A DNA stretch of 56,385 bases, from NCBI GenBank assembly GCA_963657885.1, contig CAVKNZ010000005.1, positions 1 to 56,385 on the forward strand, given 5' to 3'. A program made the translations under genes and the position numbers. Within the stretch, counting starts at the first letter, position 1. Each line of letters opens with the position of its first letter. Under the pieces are notes generated by a model. That model saw only the letters and a list, made by a program, of their open reading frames with translations, had not been told where the DNA came from and ran no database searches. Source of the DNA: Bacteroidaceae bacterium. Its GTDB lineage: Bacteria > Bacillota_I > Bacilli_A > RFN20 > CAG-826. Shown here one piece after another: positions 9,525 through 20,137 of the stretch.

Positions 9525-9656
9525 ATTTGCAAAAATTGAGGTTTTCATATGGCTCATATTTGCAAAAATTGAGGTTTTCATATTGCTCATATTTGCAAAA
9601 ATTGAGGTTTCTCAAATGGCCAAATTTGCAAAAAAACAAGTTTCTTGAAGCGATAA
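9525..9656. repeat. 4 x 33-bp direct repeat (atttgcaaaaattgaggttttcatatggctcat), last copy degenerate
   Basis: Units at 9525, 9558, 9591 and 9624, immediately upstream (minus sense) of the DUF4143 ATPase start at 9472. Confidence 0.9.
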
Positions 9657-9904
9657 CCTTTTGACGAATTGGCATTATATGTCTAAAGCAAATATTCTCT
9701 ATTCAATATGAATTTCTATTCATTTAATAAGCAAGCCATTATGTGCCCTATTTTAAATAACTAAAAATCTAATCGTTAATGGTGATTATAACAAAGAAAA
9801 ATCGGATTTCTTGTAAGAACTATTTATAAAATAAATATTCTCTTAATTTATAAGTAGAAAAGATAAACGATAAAATTTATAATTAAGCCAATAGAGAAGA
9901 AATT

Positions 9905-11389
9905 ATGATTACAAAAACAATTAAAGAAGCCGTTTATTACGCTTATAAACATTTAGGACTAAAAGAAGAAGATATAACTTATTTTACAAATCTTCTTTTA
10001 TCTTATTTTAACCAAGTTGCTCCCTTTGAAGGGGAAATCGACACAAAGCATATTGATGAATTAAAAGTGCCTGATGAAATAGTTAATTCAATCACTTCTT
10101 ATTTCATAAATGAAGGCATTGAAGAGGGCGAAGCGAGTAGAAAAGCAACATATGTTATGGGAATTCTTACCCCTCGTCCAAGCGAAGTTATTTCTACCTT
10201 CTTTGACAAATATAAAAATAAAAAAGAAGATGCAACTTCTTATTTATATAATTTATCAATCGCAAATGACTATATTGCTAAAAGCAAGGTAGACAAAAAT
10301 GAATGGTGGCTTGCTAAATTTAGCGATGGTTCAGATATTGAAATATCAATCAATTTATCTAAGCCTGAAAAGAACAATAAAGATATTGCTAAGTTATTAA
10401 AACCTTCAACCACTTCAGCCTATCCAAAATGTTTGCTTTGTAAAGAAAATATCGGCTTTGAAGGAAATGATCATCATCCTGCAAGAGAAAATATTAGAAC
10501 TATTCCTCTTACACTTGATAATGACACTTGGTATTTCCAATATTCGCCATATGTCTATTATAACGAGCACTGCATTCTCTTCTATAAAGATCACGTTCCA
10601 ATGCAAATATCTCCTTGGACATTAAGATGCTTATTCGATTTTGTTGATCAATTCCCTCATTACTTCATCGGCAGCAATAGCGATCTTCCTATTGTTGGGG
10701 GTTCAATCTTAAATCATGAACATTTCCAAGGCGGTGAACACCTTTTACCTTTATTAGTCGCAAAAGATAGATTCGTATTCGATAGCAGTTATAAAAACAC
10801 CAAAATCTCCATCGTCGATTTCTATAACACAGCGATTAGATTAAAAGGCAAAGATAGAGAAGAAATTTTAGCTATTGCAATCAAAATCTTAAATACGTGG
10901 TTACATTTTGATGACATCGAAAACAATATTATCGCGAATGATAAAGACGGAAGACATAATGCAGTAACACCGTTATTAAGAAAAAATGGTGATGATTATG
11001 AACTCACTATTATCTTAAGAAATAATAGATGCGATAAAGAATATCCTGACGGCATCTTTCACGCTCATCCTGAATACTACCACATCAAAAAAGAAGGCAT
11101 TGGTTTAATTGAAGCTTCAGGTTTATTCATTCTTCCAGCCCGACTTAAACGTCAATGCGCGGAAGTGGAAAATGTAATAGCTAAAGGATATAAGGAAGAT
11201 GAATATCTTAAGATATATCCTGATTTAGATATATTTAAAGGCATGATTGATGAAATGAGAGAAAAACATCTATCAAGCAAGGAATACATCAATAATGTGT
11301 GCCGTAACATATTGTTAAATGTTGCTGTTTATAAAAACACAGCCAAAGGGCAAGAATCCTTAATTAAATTTATTAGAGGCGTTTTATGA
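9905..11389 (+). CDS. galT: Galactose-1-phosphate uridylyltransferase, type 2 (Firmicutes-type, ~490 aa)
   Basis: Length plus the active-site block SILNHEHFQGGEH. Followed by galK with a 4-nt overlap. Confidence 0.85.
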   Translation: MITKTIKEAVYYAYKHLGLKEEDITYFTNLLLSYFNQVAPFEGEIDTKHIDELKVPDEIVNSITSYFINEGIEEGEASRKATYVMGILTPRPSEVISTFFDKYKNKKEDATSYLYNLSIANDYIAKSKVDKNEWWLAKFSDGSDIEISINLSKPEKNNKDIAKLLKPSTTSAYPKCLLCKENIGFEGNDHHPARENIRTIPLTLDNDTWYFQYSPYVYYNEHCILFYKDHVPMQISPWTLRCLFDFVDQFPHYFIGSNSDLPIVGGSILNHEHFQGGEHLLPLLVAKDRFVFDSSYKNTKISIVDFYNTAIRLKGKDREEILAIAIKILNTWLHFDDIENNIIANDKDGRHNAVTPLLRKNGDDYELTIILRNNRCDKEYPDGIFHAHPEYYHIKKEGIGLIEASGLFILPARLKRQCAEVENVIAKGYKEDEYLKIYPDLDIFKGMIDEMREKHLSSKEYINNVCRNILLNVAVYKNTAKGQESLIKFIRGVL

Positions 11390-12570
11390 GAGATAAAGAA
11401 GTTTTCTTAAAAGCAGAGAAGTTATTTATTGATACTTTTAATGAAAAACCATCCATTAAAGAAATATCTTATGGAAGATTAGAAATAATTGGTAATCACA
11501 CCGACCATCAACACGGAAAATGTCTTGTTGCTACTTGTTCTCTTGGTATAAGAGGATATATCAAAAAAGCAGATTCATTAGTCTCAATTCATAGCGATGG
11601 TTATGATACATTTTCTTTTTCTAGCGAAGATTTAGAATTTAATAAGGATGATGGCTATAGCACAAAATCATTAACTCGTGGCGTCTTATACGCCTTAAAA
11701 AAGATGGGCTATAAAGTTGGTGGCTTTAAGGCAACACTTGTAAGCGACATCTTTCCCGGTGCCGGCGTCTCTTCTAGTGCAGCCTATGAATTATTTATCG
11801 CTGAAGCTATCAATTATTTATATAACGAGGATAAAATTAGCAAAATTAACCTGGCAAAAGCTGGCCAATTTGCGGAAAACATCTATTTTGGTAAAGCTAG
11901 CGGTCTTCTTGATCAATGCGGAAGCGCCTACGGAGGCGTTGCCTATCTAGATTTTAAAGACATCAATAACCCAATCGTTGAGCCAATCGCTTTTCCAACT
12001 GACTGGCCGATATCAATTATTTTAATTAATCCCGGAGCAAGCCACGCTCTTTTAAGCGACTTATATAGTGAAATGCCTAACGACATGAAAGATGTAGCAA
12101 AATCTATGTTTAATAAAGAAGTTTTATCCGATGTAGATGAAAAAGTATTTGTGGATGCTTTATCTAATGCTGATTGGAGCAAAGTATCAGAAAGAGCCAA
12201 ATTAAGAGCTCGTCATTATTTTGATGAAGTTAAACGCGTAGATAGAGCTTATAAGGCTATTAAAGAGCATAATCTTGATTCCTTCTTAGAAATAATTAAA
12301 GAAGGTGAACTATCACAAGAAAGACTATTAAAAAATGTCATGATTCCTAATCAGTATAAAGGAAGTCCATTAGAGGCTACTAATCGCGCGAATCTTTTCT
12401 TAAAAAGAGGCGCCGCTCGCGTTATGGGCGGAGGCCTTGTTGGAACAACGATTAATTTTGTTCCTATAGAAGAAAAAGAGTCATTTATTAATGGAATGAA
12501 AGAATATTATAACGATGATCAAATCGTTGAAGTGTTCATTCCTTCATTAGGCGCTCATATAGAAAAATAA
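11386..12570 (+). CDS. galK: Galactokinase (GHMP kinase)
   Basis: GRLEIIGNHTDHQHG (galactokinase signature region) and the GHMP motif PGAGVSSSAAYE. Confidence 0.85.
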   Translation: MRDKEVFLKAEKLFIDTFNEKPSIKEISYGRLEIIGNHTDHQHGKCLVATCSLGIRGYIKKADSLVSIHSDGYDTFSFSSEDLEFNKDDGYSTKSLTRGVLYALKKMGYKVGGFKATLVSDIFPGAGVSSSAAYELFIAEAINYLYNEDKISKINLAKAGQFAENIYFGKASGLLDQCGSAYGGVAYLDFKDINNPIVEPIAFPTDWPISIILINPGASHALLSDLYSEMPNDMKDVAKSMFNKEVLSDVDEKVFVDALSNADWSKVSERAKLRARHYFDEVKRVDRAYKAIKEHNLDSFLEIIKEGELSQERLLKNVMIPNQYKGSPLEATNRANLFLKRGAARVMGGGLVGTTINFVPIEEKESFINGMKEYYNDDQIVEVFIPSLGAHIEK

Positions 12571-12596
12571 AGTGCTCGATGGCACTTTTATTTTTG
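12569..12596. terminator. Bidirectional intrinsic terminator between convergent galK and galM
   Basis: Stem AAAGTGC/GCACTTT with loop tcgatg, followed by T-rich tatttttg. There is an A-run on the other side. Confidence 0.6.
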
Positions 12597-13574
12597 TTTA
12601 AACACTAATTTAATAAAGTGATTATAAGTTTCGTCTTTATCTAAATAATGAAACTCTTTTTGCGATTGACTGGGTTCGATTGCAATCGCTCGATGCAACA
12701 ATTTATTAGACTGCGTAAATGCTTCTCTTGTCTTATAATTATCACTATAAATTTGTACGCCAGGGAAATCGGTATAAACGCTCATTTTATATTTCTTGTT
12801 CACTAATTTAATTTGAGCGGTTTTTAAATTTACATCATCGAAATAATAATAATGATCATAGCCTTTAGTTTTAGAATTAATTAAATAAGGATCTTTAATA
12901 AATTTATTTATTCTTCTTAAAGAAGTAAAATCCATAACTTTATCCACTTCTTTAATATCTAATGGCAATAAGTCATCTGGATTAGGATTAAGACATTTAT
13001 GACTTTTAATGCATAATTTTAATTCCTTAAGAGAATTACTTCCTAAGGTATAAAAAGCATGGTTAGTTAATGAGCACATTGACAATTTATCAACACTTGC
13101 TTTAAAAGAAATCTTTAAATAACTATCGGTTAATAAATATGTGACATAAACATCTAAATTACCTGGAAAACCGATATCTTTTTCTTTATCTAAATAATGA
13201 AATGTTACTTTAATGCTTTTCTTATTTTTTCTAATAACGTAATTAAATTTTTGGCTGCTTAAAGCATTTAATCCTCCATGAAGAGTGTTAGCACCTTCGT
13301 TATTCGCTAATGCGTATTTATGGTTAGCAATTTCAACGATATTACCTTTAATGCGATTAGCAACTCTACCAATAGTCTTCCCGTGATATATATTCTCATG
13401 TAAGAAATCATCTTTATTAGATGGTGTTAACGTCATTAATTCATCATGAAATTTAATTGAATAAATAGAAGCTCCTAAATTAGATAATATAACCTCTAAA
13501 TCATTATTTTTAATTGTTATAAAAGAAAAAGAACGATAATTTTCAATGCTTGTTGATAATTTAGAAATACCCAT
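12588..13574 (-). CDS. galM: Aldose 1-epimerase (galactose mutarotase)
   Basis: GRVANRI, LHGG and NHAFY/TL blocks typical of aldose 1-epimerases. Context is next to galKT. Confidence 0.75.
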   Translation of the reverse strand: MGISKLSTSIENYRSFSFITIKNNDLEVILSNLGASIYSIKFHDELMTLTPSNKDDFLHENIYHGKTIGRVANRIKGNIVEIANHKYALANNEGANTLHGGLNALSSQKFNYVIRKNKKSIKVTFHYLDKEKDIGFPGNLDVYVTYLLTDSYLKISFKASVDKLSMCSLTNHAFYTLGSNSLKELKLCIKSHKCLNPNPDDLLPLDIKEVDKVMDFTSLRRINKFIKDPYLINSKTKGYDHYYYFDDVNLKTAQIKLVNKKYKMSVYTDFPGVQIYSDNYKTREAFTQSNKLLHRAIAIEPSQSQKEFHYLDKDETYNHFIKLVFKQK

Positions 13575-13608
13575 AAATAAAAACCTTAATAAACTTATTT
13601 AAATAAAA

Positions 13609-14577
13609 CTAATTTCTTAAAATTAATTTAACCGGATAAGTTTTTACAAATTTATCCGTTTTTTTATTATTGCTTGAGGCAACAATATGTTCAATTACAT
13701 CTTTTGATATTTCTTCTACATCACTAGCAACCGAATTAATTGGATCAAACGTTTCAATATATTTTCCGATGTTATCAAAACCAAATATGACAGTATCGTA
13801 ATTGCGATATTTCTTATGCAACAAAGTGCGGATAATAAATCCTAAGTAATCCGAGAAGCAGAAGACAAAATCAATTTTATTTTCTGCAATCGTATCAACA
13901 AGCTGTTCAATATTTTTTTCATTTTCTTCTAAAGGATAGGATTTGTATTCTTTATTGCACAATGACGAAATAGCATCCACGAAACCTTTTCTACGTCTAA
14001 AGGATGTCTCTGAAGGAGAATTGGTCACATAAGCAGCCTTTTTAAAGGAGGAACAAGCAAAATATTCCCCTACTTTATGTCCTCCATCATAGTCATCGGT
14101 AATAGCATAATTAGGGTAATCTTGATGAGGTTTAATACCAATTAGATAAAAGGCTATTTTATTCTCCTCTAGATAGTCCACGACTTCATCAGTTGGTTCA
14201 ACAAGAGAAATAATGGCAAGACAGCGGTTAACTTCGCTGATATTTAAATTGTTCATCTTTAAAAAATAGCTATTTGTAAAACATATCGTGCTTGTATAAC
14301 CATTCTTTTCGATTTCTTTAATTAATTCTGTCGACATAATCGAAAAATATTGGTTATAAAGAGAGTTAATATAAATAAGGATGTTATTTGATTTACCTGT
14401 CTTTAACGCTAAAGCGGAAGAGTTTTTTACATAGCCCATCTCTTTTGCTTTTTGTTTAACTAATTGTTTTGTTTTATCACCTATTTGGTCAGAGTCTCTC
14501 AATGCTTTGCTCACCGCATCAACTGATAAATTTAAACTATTTGCAATATCTTTTAAGGAAACGTTTTTCTTGGTCAT
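13609..14577 (-). CDS. LacI-family transcriptional regulator
   Basis: N-terminal HTH VSLKDIANSLNLSVDAVSKALRD followed by a periplasmic-binding-protein-like sugar sensor body. Confidence 0.85.
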   Translation of the reverse strand: MTKKNVSLKDIANSLNLSVDAVSKALRDSDQIGDKTKQLVKQKAKEMGYVKNSSALALKTGKSNNILIYINSLYNQYFSIMSTELIKEIEKNGYTSTICFTNSYFLKMNNLNISEVNRCLAIISLVEPTDEVVDYLEENKIAFYLIGIKPHQDYPNYAITDDYDGGHKVGEYFACSSFKKAAYVTNSPSETSFRRRKGFVDAISSLCNKEYKSYPLEENEKNIEQLVDTIAENKIDFVFCFSDYLGFIIRTLLHKKYRNYDTVIFGFDNIGKYIETFDPINSVASDVEEISKDVIEHIVASSNNKKTDKFVKTYPVKLILRN

Positions 14578-14579
14578 TT

Positions 14580-15494
14580 TTAATCAATAAATTTCTTTAA
14601 TAATTCATCAGCGAATAAATGCCCTAATTTAATCATTGAATCCGAATCATAATGATATATATCAATTGCTCCAACAGGTTCAAAATTGGTTTTTAATCCT
14701 GCTGCATTAGTATCTATAAAAATAGATAATTCATCTTCTTCGGCATTTTTCTTCTTTGCATCATTAATTATCTTATTTTCTTTCCAAATATCAAGATTAG
14801 CAATTGCAGCATCCAAAAATCCGATGCCGTTTAAAGACATATAATATTTTAAATCTTCACGTAAATCGTGGATAAAATTCTTAGTATAAGTGTAGTAATT
14901 ATTATATTGGCTTCCATTAGAATCGTCTTCGCCTTGCATCCAACAAATAGCTTTTATCTCAGGATATAAATCCATATCCTCTAAAACTTTAATGGAGCTT
15001 AGAATATATTTTACTGCGCCTTCATACATTACTCCTCCGCTTGTGCCGTTACGGCTTGAGGGGGAAATCCAATGTCCTGATAGAGATGTGCTCCCACATG
15101 CATACTTAATTAAATAAACATTATTTTTGTTAGCATCAACCATCTTCTCAGCAATGCCTACTTCCGGGCCAAAATGATTTATGGTTTTTCCTTCTCCTAA
15201 TTTTACTTTAGTGAATTGGCTATTTGACGTATAATCACCAGAATTATGAAAAGATATATTCACGTTATCGTAGCCATCTGCGTATTCTTGCGCTTTATCC
15301 GGAACGGTTTTTGTTAGATATTGCGAATACGTATGGCCTTCCATGTTGGATTGGCCTAATAGAATAATAACTTGTGCTTTATTATCTTCTTCTTTCGAAG
15401 TAGAAGCATTTTTCGAGGAAGTATCATTAGAACATGAAGTAGTCATAAATAAACATGTCGATACAAGCAATAGAGAACAAAAAGCTTTATTCAT
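14580..15494 (-). CDS. Lipoprotein, SASA-type (sialate O-acetylesterase-like/DUF303) carbohydrate esterase
   Basis: Signal peptide plus lipobox (MTTSC). SGNH-like catalytic block ILLGQSNMEG. Confidence 0.7.
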   Translation of the reverse strand: MNKAFCSLLLVSTCLFMTTSCSNDTSSKNASTSKEEDNKAQVIILLGQSNMEGHTYSQYLTKTVPDKAQEYADGYDNVNISFHNSGDYTSNSQFTKVKLGEGKTINHFGPEVGIAEKMVDANKNNVYLIKYACGSTSLSGHWISPSSRNGTSGGVMYEGAVKYILSSIKVLEDMDLYPEIKAICWMQGEDDSNGSQYNNYYTYTKNFIHDLREDLKYYMSLNGIGFLDAAIANLDIWKENKIINDAKKKNAEEDELSIFIDTNAAGLKTNFEPVGAIDIYHYDSDSMIKLGHLFADELLKKFID

Positions 15495-16347
15495 GTATCG
15501 CTAATTCTCCTTTATCTGTAAAATTAATTGACATAATTTTAGCTCTTTCATTGCCAGCTTGTTCGTTTATATGGAAGGTGATCTTATCATTGCCTTCAAA
15601 TGTTTTAAAAACCATGCAATGACCAGCATTAGCAATTGGGAAAGCTGTTTTAGATTGAATGCATTTATTCACTTTGTCATCAAATAAAGCATAACCAAAA
15701 CCATAATTCTTATAATCAACAAATGTTGACCACAAAAGAGCTTTATGATGGGAATTTTTAAATAAAAATGGTCCATCGGTTATACAAACCTTTTTATTGG
15801 CAAAGAAGACGTCGGTTGATGCCCATTTTGCGTCATCCCCTTTAAATAAATAAATTGGTTCGCCTTTGCGATGTTTTAAATCGTCAGTTAAATCTTGTCT
15901 CCACATCTCTCCAATTGTCGTTTGAAGCCATTCACGGCAAAAAACAATATAAGGTTTTTTGTTATCATCAAAGCATAATGTTGCATCAAGCGCTTCAAAA
16001 TCAGGTGGAGTTAATAAATCGCTATAAGTGACAAAAGGTCCTCTTGGGGAATCACTTAAAAATAATTGACACCCTCTTTTATGGTTAGTCGCATAGAAAG
16101 TAGCAAGCAAATAATATTTATCGTTAATGTGATAAACTTCCGGAGCCCAATAATCTTTTGTTCCCCAAAAACCATTATCAGGAGTGAAAACACGAAATGG
16201 ACCTTCAAAATTAATTAAATCTTTAGACGTATAACAATAAAAACCAATTCCTTCATATGGAGCAGTTGTGCCATAAAGGTAATATGTTTTATCGTTATCA
16301 TTCCTTAAAATAAATGGGTCACGGATAGCTATATCTTTTAATTGCAT
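15487..16347 (-). CDS. Glycoside hydrolase family 43 (cytoplasmic, five-bladed propeller)
   Basis: IRDPFIL…YYLYGTT, YWAPEV, and no signal peptide. Confidence 0.75.
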   Translation of the reverse strand: MQLKDIAIRDPFILRNDNDKTYYLYGTTAPYEGIGFYCYTSKDLINFEGPFRVFTPDNGFWGTKDYWAPEVYHINDKYYLLATFYATNHKRGCQLFLSDSPRGPFVTYSDLLTPPDFEALDATLCFDDNKKPYIVFCREWLQTTIGEMWRQDLTDDLKHRKGEPIYLFKGDDAKWASTDVFFANKKVCITDGPFLFKNSHHKALLWSTFVDYKNYGFGYALFDDKVNKCIQSKTAFPIANAGHCMVFKTFEGNDKITFHINEQAGNERAKIMSINFTDKGELAIHE

Positions 16348-16348
16348 A

Positions 16349-18505
16349 TTATTTCTCTTCCTCCAATACGATCAAAAAACTGGAATATTTATCAATTGCT
16401 TGATGAATATAAATTCCTTTATTTTGATATTCTTCGCCAGAGAATATTTTTTGATTGTAATTATTTCTATATTTTTTCTTTAAATCTAATCCATAAACGC
16501 GGATATTAAGTTCATCTAATGGGACGAGATTAACGCATAATGATAATGCTTTAGTTTTCTTTTTATTGACACAGTCAATATTAAACAATCTTCCATCAAA
16601 AGGCGATTCAACGCGATACAAATCGCCATCAGAGATAACTTCTTTATGATATTTATCGAATATAGTGTTAACTTCTAACAATTCATCTATTTCTTTTTGA
16701 CTCAATTTATTTGGATCAAATTCAAATCCATATGTGCCAAATAAAGCGATGTCCGCTTTTGTTTTATAAGATGTTGTTATTTTGTTAGAAACATGACTTC
16801 CCATTGTAGTTAATGGGTAAAGAATGCTCGTCGTATATTGAATAAATAAGCGATCAATTGGATCAGTATTATCGCTTGTCCAAATATCCGCGGAATAGAA
16901 AAGTGCTCCTAAATCAAAACGACCACCGCCAGAAGCGCAACCATGGAAGAAGATATGTGGATATTTCTTTTCTAATGTTTCTAAAAGATAATAATAGCCC
17001 AAAACATTGCGATGGTAGAATTCACCTTGATGAAGCCTATCTAATACAGAAGAATAAGCATCATCGATAGTTCTATTATTATCCCATTTCACATAATCAA
17101 TTTCATATTTACCAAATATCTTGCACATTTGAGAAAGAACATTATCAATTGCTTCTTTATTGCAAAAATCTAGAGGCAATTGATGACGTGATAAATAAGG
17201 ATTATCTTCTAATTTAACGGCAGCGTATTCAGGATGTGCCTTAAATAGATTAGATTCTGGATTAATCATCTCTGGTTCAAACCATAATCCAAATTTCATA
17301 CCTTCTTTATGGCATTCATCAATAACTTTTCCTAAATCAATTTTCTTTTCATCGATTTGCCAATCACCTAAAGAAGAAGAATCTGTGTTGCGATTTAAAA
17401 ACCAACCATCATCTAATACAAATAGACGTGCACCAACTTTTTTACCGGTTTTGATAAAAGAAATAATTTTCTCTGTATCAAAATCCATGTAGCAACCTTC
17501 CCATGAATTTAATAAGATTGTCTCTTTTAAAGTTGGATCAGTTTTTGGAATTAAGTGTTCTCTAATTAAATCATGCGTATAACGGCTTAATTTGCCAATG
17601 CCTTCACCGCTATAGCCTAAGATAGCTTCAGGAAAATCGAAACATTCATTTTCTTTCACTTCATAGAAGAAATCTTCTTCGTTAATGCCGCCACTTATAC
17701 GGGTTTGATTATATTTATCAACTTCAATTTCAAAAGAGAAGTTGCCGCTATAAACAAGAGCAAAAGAATATACTTCTCCTTTATTTTCATCCGCATCTTT
17801 ATTTAAGACAAATATATATGGATTTTCTTCATGTGAGCTTCGACCAGTGTTTGAAGAAATCTTTTTAATTCCACGATTTATAGGTTCTCGACAATATTGT
17901 CTTTCCGAGCACCAAGCACCTGGAAAATGAAGTAAATCTAAGTTGCTTTTGTTTATATCTAAATTAAATGTATGTGCTTTATTCAAAAATATATTTTCAT
18001 CTTTATTTTCTAATTTTTGATTTTTAAAGATGATTGGAAAATCACCTAAAAGGGAATAATAAACATGAAGATATATATTTTTATTAATATCTTTTAATAG
18101 GATGGATAATGTTTCTCCTTCTTGTTTCTCATCTTTAAAATGAGGCAAGGAAGAAGAACAATATTTTCCTTTAATAATTTGATAATCAACAAAGCGAAAA
18201 TCGCTCTTAAGTGTAAATATATCAATCAATTTAATTCTCTTATCAGAATATCCGCTGGTAGGAATTTCAAACATTGAGCGATTGACGTAAGTTAATGGAG
18301 ATACTTTTTCTTCTTTATCTAAAAAATCATAATAATGTCTTGACCAATCTTCTCCAACATCGCATATCTTTTCAATATCAATTTCTTCAATAGGTTTACC
18401 AAAATAAAGATGTTGAAGTTGACCAAATTCATTGATGAAAAATGCGTATTCAACATTATTGTTTTTTAAGATAAATAATTTCTTGTCGTTATCAAATGTA
18501 ATCAT
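16349..18505 (-). CDS. Alpha-galactosidase, GH36
   Basis: 718 aa with DYVKWDNNR and CASGGGRFD blocks characteristic of GH36. Confidence 0.85.
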   Translation of the reverse strand: MITFDNDKKLFILKNNNVEYAFFINEFGQLQHLYFGKPIEEIDIEKICDVGEDWSRHYYDFLDKEEKVSPLTYVNRSMFEIPTSGYSDKRIKLIDIFTLKSDFRFVDYQIIKGKYCSSSLPHFKDEKQEGETLSILLKDINKNIYLHVYYSLLGDFPIIFKNQKLENKDENIFLNKAHTFNLDINKSNLDLLHFPGAWCSERQYCREPINRGIKKISSNTGRSSHEENPYIFVLNKDADENKGEVYSFALVYSGNFSFEIEVDKYNQTRISGGINEEDFFYEVKENECFDFPEAILGYSGEGIGKLSRYTHDLIREHLIPKTDPTLKETILLNSWEGCYMDFDTEKIISFIKTGKKVGARLFVLDDGWFLNRNTDSSSLGDWQIDEKKIDLGKVIDECHKEGMKFGLWFEPEMINPESNLFKAHPEYAAVKLEDNPYLSRHQLPLDFCNKEAIDNVLSQMCKIFGKYEIDYVKWDNNRTIDDAYSSVLDRLHQGEFYHRNVLGYYYLLETLEKKYPHIFFHGCASGGGRFDLGALFYSADIWTSDNTDPIDRLFIQYTTSILYPLTTMGSHVSNKITTSYKTKADIALFGTYGFEFDPNKLSQKEIDELLEVNTIFDKYHKEVISDGDLYRVESPFDGRLFNIDCVNKKKTKALSLCVNLVPLDELNIRVYGLDLKKKYRNNYNQKIFSGEEYQNKGIYIHQAIDKYSSFLIVLEEEK

Positions 18506-18550
18506 AATGGGAAGGAGGAGGGAAAATTAATTCCCTCCCTCAAATTTTAA

Positions 18551-20116
18551 TTATTCAGCTGTGGTAACAGTAATGTTACTTAAAGTAGCATTAACGTTTC
18601 TAACAGAGAGATAGAAGCAGGCATTGCCTTTATAGCCATCTTGCCAGCCGTGCTGCATTGTGGCAATCGTTGTATCACCATCTTTGACTTCAATTTTTGT
18701 ATCTTGTCCGCCATCAAGCATTAATCTTGTGCAAGTAACGTGGTATGTTTTATCTTCCTTCATCTTGATAGAACTAGTTCCATCATTATATTCTTTTTTA
18801 CCGGCAGGGAAGTCGCCATTTAAATCGCCATTGTAAGACCATCCAGCAAAGGAAACACCAGTTTCCGCAACGATAAATGATCTTGTTTCAGCAAAATTTT
18901 CATCCCATCTAAGCATATCCATTAAAACAGCTGGTGCACTTGCTTTTGAACCCCAACCATCGATAACTAAATCAAATTCGACTTTGGACTCTTTGTTTGC
19001 TGGTAAGAGGTTACTATCGCCAATAGATTTTGCGGCTACGTCTTTATTATTGGTTACAATACTATCAGCATTTTTAAATTTAACTTGAGTGTTATCCTCA
19101 CTAATTTCAACGTTAGCAGCATAAGTAGGATAGAATCTCTTCTTGCTTACAGAATCAACAACTTTTTTAACTTCAGTAGCGTCTGTGGTAACACTTAATT
19201 TGCTCATTTCTGCTTCAACGCCATTGAGGTAAATTACTGGTTCAGTGTCTTTATCATCGAAATCATTAAAACCAGTTGTTTCTTTCCAATAGAGTTCTTC
19301 GTTGATGAAGAAATAGAAATCACCATTATCGCGAATAGACATGATATCAATACCTTTTGAAGTATCTAAAGTAACTAAATCGTGTTGTCCCCAAACTTGT
19401 GATCTATCACTCATTACGCCCCAAAGTTGCTCAACTCCACCGACAGTATTGGTCATTTGAGTAATTAATTTTTTAGTGCCTTGTGAGAAACCTGTCGCGT
19501 AAATATGTCCATCGCCATCGATATGACCAATTGTCATTGTGTTCCAAGTCCAACTGCCGACAGCTACAGTATCAAAATGAGCTTTAGCAACATATTGCTT
19601 GCCTTTCGCATTTTTAAATGTGGCATAAGTTTTTATATCATTTGTTGAATCATTATGCACTGGTTTAATTGTGGCTTCTTCTTGATAGACGTTTGTAAAA
19701 TCCCAAGCAGATGCATTGATAGTTGTATCAATAACTGTATCTAAAACAGTAATTGTAACTTCGTCTTTAATTGTTGCATCACCACTTAAGGAAGCGCTAA
19801 TTTTAACTTCCCCTGCCGCAACTGCTGTGACAACACCGCCATCAACTGTCGCTTTTGTAGTATCAGAGCTAGCCCAAACAACTTTGTCAGTTGTATCTTT
19901 TGTTGTTGCGGTTAAAGTGATTTGCTTAGAGATGTAAACCTTACTTACTTCCGCGCTAATTTTGATTGTTGGTGTTGGTACTGGCGTTTCTTCTGATGTA
20001 GTAGACGTAGCCGGAGGAGTCGAAGTATTATCACTTCCGGATGAAGTAGTGTCTGGCCCACATCCTGCTAAGAAAGCAATGAGTGGCAACACTAATAACA
20101 TATTGCGTTTTTTCAT
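18551..20116 (-). CDS. Surface lipoprotein with Big_2 (Ig-like) domain and C-terminal beta-sandwich region; paralog of 20138-21967
   Basis: Lipobox LAGC and a Thr/Ser/Pro linker. Big_2 pattern (VTWASSDTTKATVDGGVVTAVAAGEVKISA). Blocks shared with the neighbour: SQVWGQHDL / SQNWGQNGL and DNGDFYFFINEELYW / DGNDYYYLINDKLYY. Confidence 0.7.
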   Translation of the reverse strand: MKKRNMLLVLPLIAFLAGCGPDTTSSGSDNTSTPPATSTTSEETPVPTPTIKISAEVSKVYISKQITLTATTKDTTDKVVWASSDTTKATVDGGVVTAVAAGEVKISASLSGDATIKDEVTITVLDTVIDTTINASAWDFTNVYQEEATIKPVHNDSTNDIKTYATFKNAKGKQYVAKAHFDTVAVGSWTWNTMTIGHIDGDGHIYATGFSQGTKKLITQMTNTVGGVEQLWGVMSDRSQVWGQHDLVTLDTSKGIDIMSIRDNGDFYFFINEELYWKETTGFNDFDDKDTEPVIYLNGVEAEMSKLSVTTDATEVKKVVDSVSKKRFYPTYAANVEISEDNTQVKFKNADSIVTNNKDVAAKSIGDSNLLPANKESKVEFDLVIDGWGSKASAPAVLMDMLRWDENFAETRSFIVAETGVSFAGWSYNGDLNGDFPAGKKEYNDGTSSIKMKEDKTYHVTCTRLMLDGGQDTKIEVKDGDTTIATMQHGWQDGYKGNACFYLSVRNVNATLSNITVTTAE

Positions 20117-20137
20117 TTTTTGCTCCTTTCAATATGT

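Noticed and set aside
9439-9675. 78-aa ORF on the minus strand (…NLNFCKYEQYENLNFCKYEPYENLNFCKL…)
   Set aside because: It is simply the translation of the 33-bp direct-repeat array, has no SD, and overlaps the start of the DUF4143 gene. I treat it as a non-coding repeat.
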